A DNA stretch of 64,000 bases from Eledone cirrhosa (taxonomy: Eukaryota): the NCBI GenBank assembly GCA_964016885.1, contig OZ024744.1, positions 105,710,001-105,774,000 of the forward strand, in the 5' to 3' direction. Made by a program: the position numbers and the translations under genes. Shown here piece by piece: positions 26,268-37,476 of the stretch. The notes beneath the pieces are model-generated. The model was given only the letters and a program-made list of their open reading frames with translations. It made no database searches and was not told the origin of the DNA. Each line of letters opens with the position of its first letter. Positions within the stretch are counted from its first letter, which is position 1.

Positions 26268-27330
26268 TTAATAGAATTCTTGGTTGTTGCATCAGCATAA
26301 CAAATTGGAATACACATTTCCACACACACACACATACACACACACACACACACACACTAAATTATAACAAATATGGCTGAGTATTCCACAGACACAGTGT
26401 ACCCTTAACATAATTCATTCTCAGGTAGTGGATCTTTGAAATAATATCTGTTAGGTTTCCCCACAGCTTCCTGCTATCTAATTTCACCAACATGACTTGG
26501 GTCAATTGATGGCTAGAGTAAAAGACACCCAGCAATAACAACAACAACAACAACAGCAACAACAGCTACTGCAGTGTAAATAGATATATTGTTGCTGGGT
26601 ATACATAAGGTTTTCATCTGTCACAGTTAATTGAGGAGTGTTGCCACTCTGACCTATTTAACCTCCCTCTACTACTAAACAACATATGATAATGGGATAA
26701 CAGAGAAATGTTGCTTGTTTTTTCTTTTTCTTTCTGGTGTGTGAAATTCCTACAAGAAATAGCTGATAATATAGGCATCTCTTGGAATGTAACGCCCAGG
26801 ACTTCCTCACCTAACACACACACACACACACACACACCACTAGCGCACTCTCTCGTGCATGTGTGCGTGTATTTGTAAGTGTGTGTATTGGAGTGTATAA
26901 AAAGGAAGAAAGTACTAAGTACATACCCTGGGGCTGTGTGTGTGTGTGTGTGTGTACACTAGGAGCAAACTACAACAACATTTCTAAAATATAAAAGATT
27001 TTATTCTTCCTTATTCTAATACAGTCAAGTCTCATTCAGACAACTCATTGTTTGTTACATCAAACATCCAGACATGATGTGACATGCTCAGCTTAAATTC
27101 TCTACAGAATCTTCTTTTCTTCTGCTTGTTTTCTTTGTTTTTATAAAATATAAGAAGGAAAAGTTGTTTTTGTTATCAAAGAGTACATCTGATTGAACTG
27201 TTAATGTGGATGTAATTGCAGAGACATGATTGCTATTAAGAAGAGACATGGCTAACACTACCCTTACCCATATTAGCATGGCTATATCACATCTCTCTCT
27301 TTCTATATATATATGTATATATGTATATAT

Positions 27331-27678
27331 GGAGGCACATGGCTTAGTGGTTAGAGCATTGGCCTTGCAATCGAAAGGTTGTGAGTTCAATTCTCAGTCC
27401 GGGTGATGTGTTGTTTCCTTGAGCAAGACACTTTATTTCACATTGCTCCAGTTTACTCAGCTGTAGAAATGAGATGATAGGGACTGGGGTCCTTATCATT
27501 CCACTGCAAAGTGGTCATGGAGGTGTCACGGCAAAAAAGCACCCAGCACACACTGTAAATGAGGTTGGTGTTAGGAAGGGCATCCAGCTGTAGAAATCAA
27601 GCCAAAATCAGTTTCCGTCCCACCCTTGCAAGCAGGGAAAAAGCGGACGTAAAATGAAATGATGTTGATGATGATGAT
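27331..27678 (+). mobile_element. Full-length tRNA-derived SINE (family A) with an RTE-derived 3' tail
   Basis: A box TGGCTTAGTGG, B box GAGTTCAATTC, core CCTTGAGCAAGACACTTTA. The 3' part nearly matches the RTE 3'UTR at 12129-12280. (GAT)n tail. Confidence 0.9.
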
Positions 27679-28011
27679 ATATATATATAGTTTCGTGAAA
27701 TAGTCTCTCTCTATATATATATATATAAGTTTTGTGAAATAGTCTTTAAGACTATACAGACCATTTGTAGTTTTTCCAAATTGAAGGATGAGTATTTTAA
27801 ACTTTATTTTATTCTGAGTTAAGGCTCTACTGATTTTTCCCTGGATTTCACCAAATTCTGTGGATGAATCTATATCCTGATTCTTTTTGAATTGAGTTTG
27901 AATTATTTTCCCACATCTTACGTTAACTATTTTTCCATTTTGACGCTATAGTCACTTATATATATTATGGAATACTGTTGGCTTCTTGCTACAATAATTT
28001 CTATACTTTTC

Positions 28012-28071
<60 letters not shown>

Positions 28072-28076
<5 letters not shown>

Positions 28077-28630
28077 CAAGGTTTAGCAAATAAGAAAAAG
28101 TTTCAAAATAAATTTCAAAAAGTTCACTGTACTCACTATGGTTACCTTTACCGAATCGGTTTCGAGTCTCAAAAATAAATGGACAGTCCTTGCGGGCCTC
28201 CATTGAAAAGATAAACTCTCGCCAGAAGGTTCTTTTCACTCGGAGAATATAAAATTCCCGAGTTCAAATTACGAACTGGCGCTATTCAAAATTGTTCCCG
28301 AGATGAGAATGAATGATGTGGAAGCAATTCCGTCCAGTGCCGTGTGTAAAGATAGAGGCAGGGAGGTCAGTCTACTACCGCTATAAATAGCAGCAGTCAG
28401 AACGACCAAATTTTATCTCGACCAAGAGGAGAATAATAATAATAAAGTATATATCCCTACACGCAAAAAAACGTATATGGACACATGTATTGTCCAACCA
28501 TATGCCAATGTGGTTCAATGGCAGGTTAATAAATTAACGAGCCAGAACATATATAATCAAGGTTTAGCAAATAAGAAAAAGTTTCAAAATAAATTTCAAA
28601 AAATTCACTGTACTTACTATGGTTACCTTT
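28072..28630 (-). mobile_element. Retrozyme-like 481-bp unit with about 78-bp terminal redundancy, inserted in (TA)n
   Basis: ATAATCAAGGTTTAGCAAATAAG...GGTTACCTTT occurs at about 28072-28149 and 28553-28630 (offset 481). It contains a hammerhead and no ORF. Confidence 0.72.
28144..28230 (-). ncRNA. Type I hammerhead ribozyme (family 3), core variant CUGGCGA
   Basis: Minus strand: ACCTT-CTGGCGA-GAGTTT...AATGGA..CC-GCAA-GG..TCCATT...AGACTC-GAA-ACCGATTCGGT-A-AAGGT. Helices I, II and III all pair. The A6G substitution probably impairs this copy. Confidence 0.72.
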
Positions 28631-28781
28631 ATATATATATTTAAAGGTTAAACAAGGTTCAATGAGTAAATCAAAGAATGAGTTTTACAATAGATTGGAA
28701 GCACTCAACAGTAATGGTTTTCCAGAGTTATTAATATTAATTCATAATATTAACAAAAATAGACATTCGCGTGATCAAGTA

Positions 28782-28848
28782 TATTTTATTATACATATTT
28801 CAGAGGTACTGAGCTAACTTCAACTGTACGTCCTCATCAGATAAAATA
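28782..28848 (-). ncRNA. Type I hammerhead ribozyme (family 4), copy 1
   Basis: Minus strand: TATTTTAT-CTGATGA-GGACGTACAG...CAGTACCTCT-GAA-ATATGTAT-A-ATAAAATA. Confidence 0.75.
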
Positions 28849-29439
28849 AGATGATGCATGACATACCCTGACATAGTAGATGGTTAAGATTCAGTCATGG
28901 TAGTGAATAAGATATGACAAAACTCAATATTTATATACCTTAAGATTGAGACATGAAGAAATTTACATATAATACAGAGGGTACGTGTGAGAAAGCTTAA
29001 ACATACATAATAGCAATTTACATAACTGTTAGAGATTCAAATAATTTAAATTATTGAAGAAAGAAGAAAGACAGAGAGAAACAGATGAGGAGAAAATATA
29101 GTTACTAGAAGTATAGAAACCAAAAGAGAATTGATCAAGGATAGAGAGACAAGGAGGAATAATTTTTATAGTATAAAGCATAGGGAGGGAGGTTTGTATT
29201 GTCGTGGATGAATAGGGTGTGATTGCACAATGCAACAATTATATATATCTATACAAACACATGACTATACATTTAGGCATAGCTTTGTGAAGAGTAAACT
29301 CGAATCTTTGAATTATTGAAAAGTATCCATCAATCTAAATATTAAATATTTTTTGGAACGATCGACTTTCGTCAAATCGAACCGAGGGAACAATGTTTCC
29401 GTTGGTCTTTCCAATTGCTAATACTATCTATCGGTCGCA

Positions 29440-29570
29440 ACTCCAGGTAGAAGGAGCAACGTGAAATAAAGTGTCTTGGTCTTGCTCGAGGACATAACGC
29501 ATCGCCTGGTCCAGGAATCGAACTCACAACCTTACAATTGCGAATCCAATTCCCTAACCACTCAGCCACA
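29440..29570 (-). mobile_element. SINE family A-related head fragment
   Basis: Reverse complement reads GTGGCTGAGTGGTTAGG...GTGAGTTCGATTCCTGGACC...AAGACACTTTATTTCACGTTGCTCC. Confidence 0.75.
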
Positions 29571-30041
29571 TTATATTAAATATATCTGGGTGTAATTATA
29601 TGAGGGTTTAATTTCGAGTCCTTAGTTAATTAGAAATATACTAACAATTAATTATATACACTATATATATCCAAAGGTATCCGGCTGACCGTTAAATTTC
29701 AAATCATTTATGTTAGTTTAGAATAAGGAATTAATCAAAATGTATAATATTTCAGGCTATAAAAGTTTATAAATATCTATATTAATATTAAAGCATACTA
29801 TCATATTTAATTTATAAAATCATATTTAAAGTATTTACAAACATGAGAAGGAATATTTAATATTTTCCTCCTCACGAAGGTAATCCATATTAAATTATAT
29901 TATCTTATATTATATTAAAAAAAAAATTTTATATTGAAATAATTCACATTATATAATTTAGAAAATAATTAGAGTTATAACTTTAAAAATTTAAAATTAA
30001 TAATTAGAATGCCTTAAAGTATCTAAAGGCCTTAAAATATC

Positions 30042-32670
30042 CCCAGGAGAAAAATATGGAAGCTAAAGGACCCCACAGCCAGTAATAAATTTAAAAGCAT
30101 ATTAATTGATGTTTTTGACAGTAAGGAAGAGCAATTAGTCGTACAATATAGAGGAACAGTGGGAATTCCTGAAAGCTAACCTGCTAAAGGCGACAGATGA
30201 AGTCTGTGGCTGGAGCAGGCCTATAGGCAGGAGGAGAGTAACATGGTGTTGGAACAGTAAGGTGGAGGAGTCAATTAAGGCCAAAAAGCAGGCTTGGAAA
30301 GTATGGCGGGATGGGGGAAGTAGAGAAGACTATCAAGTGGCCAGGAGGGAAGCTAGGAGACAAGTGTACTTCTCAAGAAGGGAAGCAGAGGAAAGAAAGT
30401 TCAAGCATGTTCTACAACGCGAGGACCAAAAACGTGAGGTGTTCAGGATTGCTAGGCAATGTGTCAAGGAAAACCATGATATTGTTGAGGAGAAGTGTGT
30501 CCTAAATGATGATGATGTACTTGCCATCACTGACACTGATAAGAAGGTAGCTTGGAAGTGTCACTACGAAAGGCTACTAAATGGAGAATAAATGGGAGAA
30601 AGACAGTCTCCCCCACATCGATCCAATAGAGGGACCAGCAGTGCAAGTTGAAGGTAGTATAATAAGTAAGGCAATCAAAGATATGAAGACGGATAAGGCG
30701 GCTGGGCCTTCGGAAATAGTTGCTGAAATGCTGAAAGCATCTGGAACGGTGGGACACACTATGGTCACCCGGATAGTAAACCAAGTCATACAGAATGGGG
30801 TCGTTCCGAAGGACTGGCGTAGCAGCATCATCATTAACTGCTACAAGGGTAAAGGAGATGCCCTAGATACTATAGAGGTATTAAATTAATCGACCAGGTC
30901 ATGAAGGTCACAGAAAAAGTAATAGCGCAACTAATCAGAGAGCGAATTGATCTAGATGAAATGCAGTTCGGGTTTGTGTCGGGTAAAAGTACCACAGACG
31001 CTCTTTTCATTGTACGACAACTACAGGAGAAGTACCTAGCTAAAAGTAAACCCCTATACTTAGCTTTTGTTGACTTGGAGAAAGCCTTTGACAGAGTCCC
31101 CCCTCTCCATTATCTGGTGGGCCCTTAGAAAGCTAGGAGTAGATGAATGGCTTGTGAGAGCTATACAAGCCATGTATAGAGGAACAGTAAGCAAGGGTAG
31201 AATTAACAACGAATATAGTGAAGAGTTTAGCATAAAAGTTGGTGTTCATCAGGGCTCCGTTCTTAGCCCCCTACTATTATTGCCCTTCAGACTATAACAG
31301 AGGAGTTCAAGACCGGCTGCCCATGGGAAGTCCTATATGCAGATGATCTAACGCTCATAGCTGAATCAATGGCTGAACTAGGAAGAAATTCCAAACATGG
31401 AAGCATGGCCTAGAATCAAAAGCCCTTAAAATTAACCTGTCTAAGACTAAAGTTCTAGTTTGTAGGAAGGAAAATAGGGCACCGGTCCCATCTGGGAAAT
31501 GGCCATGCTCAGTGTGTAGGAAAGGAGTAGGCAGAAACTCCATTTTATGTCCAAAATGCAAAGTATGGGTGCATAAAAGATGTAGTGGGATCACAGGTAA
31601 GCTAACTAAGAATATAGATTTTATATGTGGTCGGTGCTCAGGTGCAATAAGTAGCCGCAAGTGCCCACAGAATACTAGCTCATTCCATTGCACAGATGGT
31701 TCTATAGAAATAGTGGACACCTTCCGTTACCTGGGTCACAAAATCAGCAGTGGTGGAGGGTGCTCTGAAAGTACAGTAGCTAGAGTCAGAACGGGATGGA
31801 AAAAGTTCAGAGAGCTTATACCACTATTGGCCGCTAAAGGGTTCTCTCTAAAAATGAAAGGCAGGCTGTATGATGCCTGCATACGAACAGCAATGTTACA
31901 TGGCAGTGAGATTGTGTGCAGAAGATATTCGCAGACTAGAGAGGAACGAAGCTTGCATGCTCCGCTGGATGTGTAATAGTAATATACGTGAACGGCAAAG
32001 CATAAACGAACTAATGGAGAAATTAGAAATAAGAGGGATCAGATGTTGTTTACTCGAGAGAAGGCTACGTTGGTATGGTCACGTGATGCGCATGAAAGAC
32101 GACAGCTGTATAAAAAAAGTGCAGGGCGATAAAAATAGACAGTAGCCACGGAGTAGGCAGACCCAGAAAAACCTGGGACGACTTGGTAAATTCCGACCTC
32201 ACACACTTACACCTCTCCAAGACAATGTCACTGGACCGAGATCTTTGGCGCTACACAGTAATAGAGAAGACCCGCCTTACCTAAGTACAAAGTGAAACCT
32301 AGTCAGTAGGCACCTCTAACAAAATACACCCCCGTCCCACTACCCCCACCCTATCCACACCACCCCTTTCAATGTAAAGTTATGTTGGTACCACAACATC
32401 CAGGCCGAAACAAATGAGGTTGTGTAGGTGTCACGACAAAAAGAAACACACAGTCCACGCTGTAATGTGGCCGTGTAGGTAACACGGTAAAAACCTCCCA
32501 GCCCCACACTGTAAATGTGGTTGGTGTTAGGAAGGGCATCCAGCCATAGAAAACCTGCCAGACAGTCCTATGCGAGCAAGACAACCACTCTTGCCTCAAG
32601 TGGGAAAACTCACGTCCAAACCCATGCAAGCGTGGAAGATGGACGTTAAGCGATGATGATGAGGATGATG
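30042..32670 (+). mobile_element. 5'-truncated, frameshifted RTE-clade LINE (same lineage as 10499-12393) with a 17-bp TSD
   Basis: TSD AAAGGCCTTAAAATATC at 30025-30041 and 32671-32687. RT motifs are spread over several broken ORFs. (GAT)n tail. Confidence 0.95.
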
Positions 32671-32805
32671 AAAGGCCTTAAAATATCTAAACGCCTTAAA
32701 ATATCTCAATCTTAAGGTATATAATATTGAGTTTTGTCATATCTTATTCACTACTATAACTGAATCTTAACCATCTACTATGTCAGGGTATGTCATGCAT
32801 CATCT

Positions 32806-32872
32806 TATTTTATCTGATGAGGACGTACTGTTGAAGTTAGCTCAGTACCTCTGAAATATGTATAATAAAATA
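32806..32872 (+). ncRNA. Type I hammerhead ribozyme (family 4), copy 2
   Basis: TATTTTAT-CTGATGA-GGACGTACTG-loop-CAGTACCTCT-GAA-ATATGTAT-A-ATAAAATA. Helix I is 8 bp, helix II pairs 9/10, and helix III is self-complementary allowing GU. Cleavage triplet AUA, cut after 32864. Confidence 0.8.
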
Positions 32873-32980
32873 TACTTGATCACACGAATGTCTATTTTTG
32901 TTAATATTTTGAATTAATATATATACATATATATATTAAAATATAAGTATTAATAAAATAGATGTTCTTTTGATCAATTA

Positions 32981-33035
32981 CATTTTATTATACATATTTC
33001 GGATGTACAACAGTACGTCCTCATCAGACAAAATA
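32981..33035 (-). ncRNA. Type I hammerhead ribozyme (family 4), copy 3
   Basis: Minus strand: TATTTTGT-CTGATGA-GGACGTAC-TGTT-GTACATCC-GAA-ATATGTAT-A-ATAAAATG. Confidence 0.8.
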
Positions 33036-33154
33036 TAATGATACATGACATACCCTGAGATGTTAAATGGTTAAGATTTAATCAAGGTACGACCTTGATT
33101 AAATCTTAACCATTTAACATCTCAGGGTATGTCATGTATCATTATATTTTGTCT
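33026..33154. repeat. Perfect inverted repeat, 63-bp arms with a 3-nt spacer
   Basis: 33026-33088 is the reverse complement of 33092-33154; centre AAGGT-ACG-ACCTT. Confidence 0.92.
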
Positions 33155-33406
33155 AAAATAATATAAACAAACCACTATCCTGATGTCCTCCAAAAGTAAT
33201 GGTATCTCTCCCCTTTTCTCCACGCTTTTCTTTCTCTCTCCGTTTTTCTCCACGCTTTTCTCTCTCTCTCCGTCCTTTGTAATTGTCCTTAACACTAAGA
33301 CTTACTAAAATAATATAAACAAACCACTATCCTGATGTCCTCCAAAAGTAATGGTCGCATTTTGAAAGGGTACGTCAATGCTTATTTGTAAAACTGATAT
33401 ATATTG

Positions 33407-33471
33407 TATTTTGTCTGATGAAGGCATACCATAATTTAACTTGGTATCCTTGAAATATGTATAATGAAATA
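33407..33471 (+). ncRNA. Type I hammerhead ribozyme (family 4), divergent copy 4
   Basis: TATTTTGT-CTGATGA-AGGCATACCA-loop-TGGTATCCTT-GAA-ATATGTAT-A-ATGAAATA. Helix II differs in sequence but still pairs 9/10. Confidence 0.8.
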
Positions 33472-33597
33472 ATATGGTTTTATAAATATAGTTTCCATTT
33501 ATTAATATCGTATATCTACTCCAAATACTTGTCGAGTGCTTTATATCAGTTATAAAAATATTTACTTGTTGTATCCCAACAATTTAAATAGAACTTT

Positions 33598-33635
<38 letters not shown>

Positions 33636-34169
33636 GGAAAAATTTGAACAGGGACAAAACAGAGAGGCAGTACAACGAATGTTTATTAACTTCACGCTCT
33701 GGAGAGTGGGGTGTTGGTGGTATATATATATATTAATATATATATCAATATATATATATACACTCACACACACAGTGTGGGTGATCTACACAATTAGCGA
33801 CCACCCAGTACTCTCTATAACATGGTTGGTGATAGGAAGGGCATCCAGTCATAGGAAAAATTTCCAAAGAAAGGTTCAGGAAGATTCTTCAGTTATGTCA
33901 AGGATATGACATCTTCCCTAGTGTTGGTGTCATGATAAAATGTATGCAGAAGAACATGGGATTGTTTATCAGGCTTCTCCTTCCTAAAGGTTAGAGGCTG
34001 TGCTTGATCACTGCCTGGTCAGTGACATGCCAAACCCTCGATGATGATGATGATGAGTACTAATTTTGTAGCTATGAGGTGTGCTAACAATATGAATCAG
34101 ATCTTTTATTACTGGATAGTGGACTTGAATAATGTGTGTAATTCTAAAGTTTTGTTGAATGAGATATAA

Positions 34170-34390
34170 CCCTTTAGCATTTAAACCAGCCGTATCCGGC
34201 CAGAATTCTTTCATCTCTTTCTGTTTAAACCAACTGTAACCGACCAGTCATAATGATGTTAAGGTATTGTTCTCAGAATAAATAACATCAAAATCTCATA
34301 GATTCGATATTATGTGAGATAATTATGTGAGGTAAAGCCTTTACTATGAAAATACAATAGTAAATATAGAGTAATGTAGATGTTAAAGGG
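34170..34390 (-). mobile_element. piggyBac-type MITE family A, copy 4
   Basis: ATAA|CCCTTTAGCATTT...ATGTTAAAGGG|TTAA. Confidence 0.85.
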
Positions 34391-34574
34391 TTAAAATGTT
34401 AAAGAAAGTGTGCTTTGAAGAGGGTTCAGCTTCTGTGTTAGACAGATGTAAGTTCTATATTGTCTTAGCTGTTGGACAATTAAAGAGGGAATCAATTCCA
34501 GCTCTGTGTACATTTCAGTCTTTAAAGCTGTATGAGACATGGTGTATGGAGAGAATCCTCATACACTAATCTAA

Positions 34575-34850
34575 CTAAAGACATATATGGTATATATGGA
34601 AAGTAATAAAGACATATATGGTATATATGGAAGGTAATAAAGACTATATGACATATATGGAAGGACATAAAGATATATATGACATAAATGGAAGGTAATA
34701 TAGACATATATGACAGGTAATAAAGACATATATGGTATATATATATGGAAGGACATAAAGACATAAAAACATATATGACATATATGGAAGGACATAAAGA
34801 TGTATATGTATATATGGAAGGACATAAAGATATATATGACATATATGAAG
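34575..34850. repeat. Degenerate 31-36-bp tandem repeat (AAAGACATATATG..TATATGGAAGG)
   Basis: Directly visible. Confidence 0.8.
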
Positions 34851-36689
34851 ACAAGTGATCTATCACAGTGTGGTAGCTGCTCTACTCTGAACAGCAAGTC
34901 AAGTCTTATACAAGTGATCTATCACAGTGTGGTAGCTGCTCTACTCTGAACAGCAAGTCAAGTCTTATACAAGTGATCTATCATAGTGTGGTAGCTGCTT
35001 CACTCTGAACAGCAAGTCAAGTCTTATACAAGTGATCTATCACAGTGTGGTAGCTGCTCTACTCTGAACAGCAAGTCAAGTCTTATACAAGTGATCTATC
35101 ATAGTGTGGTAGCTGCTTCACTCTGAACGGCAAGTCAAGTCTTATACAAGTGATCTATCATAGTGTGGTAGCTGCTTCACTCTGAACAGCAAGTCAAGTC
35201 TTATACAAGTGATCTATCATAGTGTGGTAGCTGCTTCACTCTGAACAGCAAGTCAAGTCTTATACAAGTGATCTATCATAGTGTGGTAGCTGCTTCACTC
35301 TGAACGGCAAGTCAAGTCTTATACAAGTGATCTATCACAGTGTGGTAGCTGCTCTACTCTGAACGGCAAGTCAAGTCTTATACAAGTGATCTATCACAGT
35401 GTGGTAGCTGCTCTACTCTGAACAGCAAGTCAAGTCTTATACAAGTGATCTATCATAGTGTGGTAGCTGCTCTACTCTGAACAGCAAGTCAAGTCTTATA
35501 CAAGTGATCTATCATAGTGTGGTAGCTGCTCTACTCTGAACAGCAAGTCAAGTCTTATACAAGTGATCTATCATAGTGTGGTAGCTGCTCTACTCTGAAC
35601 AGCAAGTCAAGTCTTATACAAGTGATCTATCATAGTGTGGTAGCTGCTCTACTCTGAACAGCAAGTCAAGTCTTATACAAGTGATCTATCACAGTGTGGT
35701 AGCTGCTCTACTCTGAACGGCAAGTCAAGTCTTATACAAGTGATCTATCACAGTGTGGTAGCTGCTTCACTCTGAACAGCAAGTCAAGTCTTATACAAGT
35801 GATCTATCATAGTGTGGTAGCTGCTCTACTCTGAACAGCAAGTCAAGTCTTATACAAGTGATCTATCATAGTGTGGTAGCTGCTCTACTCTGAACAGCAA
35901 GTCAAGTCTTATACAAGTGATCTATCACAGTGTGGTAGCTGCTCTACTTTGAACAGCAAGTCAAGTCTTATACAAGTGATCTATCACAGTGTGGTAGCTG
36001 CTCTACTCTGAACAGCAAGTCAAGTCTTATACAAGTGATCTATCATAGTGTGGTAGCTGCTTCACTCTGAACAGCAAGTCAAGTCTTATACAAGTGATCT
36101 ATCACAGTGTGGTAGCTGCTCTACTTTGAACAGCAAGTCAAGTCTTATACAAGTGATCTATCATAGTGTGGTAGCTGCTCTACTCTGAACAGCAAGTCAA
36201 GTCTTATACAAGTGATCTATCACAGTGTGGTAGCTGCTCTACTCTGAACGGCAAGTCAAGTCTTATACAAGTGATCTATCACAGTGTGGTAGCTGCTCTA
36301 CTCTGAACAGCAAGTCAAGTCTTATACAAGTGATCTATCACAGTGTGGTAGCTGCTTCACTCTGAACAGCAAGTCAAGTCTTATACAAGTGATCTATCAC
36401 AGTGTGGTAGCTGCTTCACTCTGAACAGCAAGTCAAGTCTTATACAAGTGATCTATCACAGTGTGGTAGCTGCTCTACTCTGAACAGCAAGTCAAGTCTT
36501 ATACAAGTGATCTATCACAGTGTGGTAGCTGCTCTACTCTGAACAGCAAGTCAAGTCTTATACAAGTGATCTATCACAGTGTGGTAGCTGCTTCACTCTG
36601 AACAGCAAGTCAAGTCTTATACAAGTGATCTATCACAGTGTGGTAGCTGCTCTACTCTGAACGGCAAGTCAAGTCTTATACAAGTGATC
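34851..36689. repeat. 59-bp minisatellite, about 31 copies
   Basis: Unit ACAAGTGATCTATCA(C/T)AGTGTGGTAGCTGCT(CT/TC)ACTCTGAAC(A/G)GCAAGTCAAGTCTTAT. Confidence 0.97.
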
Positions 36690-36966
36690 CTTCTCATCTC
36701 AATCTCTTTTGACAAGTCAGGTATAAAGTGCAACAGTGTCTATGGTCACTAACTTAAAAAGAATCTGAGAATACTGATAACCATTATAACAGAAAATAGT
36801 TATTTTGTAGGTTTCCATGGTATATAGAAAAATATCATCTTGTTTGTTTAATATAGTTTTTAATTACTTTTGTTATCTTAACAGAAATAATTACCTGATG
36901 TAGTTTACAGCTTGTGTTCTTCATATCTTGTCTATTTAGGAAGTTATCTTGTCTGTTTAGTGTTAA

Positions 36967-37173
36967 CCTTTAGCATTTAAACCGGCTGTATCCAGCCAAA
37001 ATTCTCTCACCTCTTTCAGTTCAAACCGACCATAACTGGCCACTCATACTGATGTTACGGTATTGTTCTCAAAATAAATAATATCAATATCTCATAGCTT
37101 TGATATTGTGTGAAGTAAAGCCTTTACCGTGAAAATACAATAATAAATATAAAGTAATGTAAATGTTAAAGGG
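36967..37173 (-). mobile_element. piggyBac-type MITE family A, copy 5
   Basis: TTAA|CCTTTAGCATTT...AAATGTTAAAGGG|TTAA. Confidence 0.85.
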
Positions 37174-37476
37174 TTAAAGAAGATTTGTAATGGTTCTGAG
37201 TAACAGAAAGTCAGAAAATGGTTAAAAGGAAGGAAATGGAAAATATTCCTATCAATTCCGACCACAATTGTAGTGAAGGTTAAAATACTTGAATAAATAA
37301 GTATATATATGTAATATATGTAATCCAGTCCATGCCAGTATGGAAAAACAGATATAAAATGAGCATGACACATACAAAAACAAGTATTGCCCTCGGGATA
37401 TTTAAAAGCAAAATTATAGTTAGTCAATGTGATATGATTCACTGATCTGTCAACATGTGGCGAGATGCAGGGAAAC

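Noticed and set aside
27331-27405. tRNA gene
   Set aside because: A and B boxes are present but there is no acceptor stem. The sequence continues into a SINE core and LINE tail.
29287-29310. GTGAAGAGTAAACTCGAATC hammerhead-like string
   Set aside because: Lacks C3 and A15.1, and helix II is out of register.
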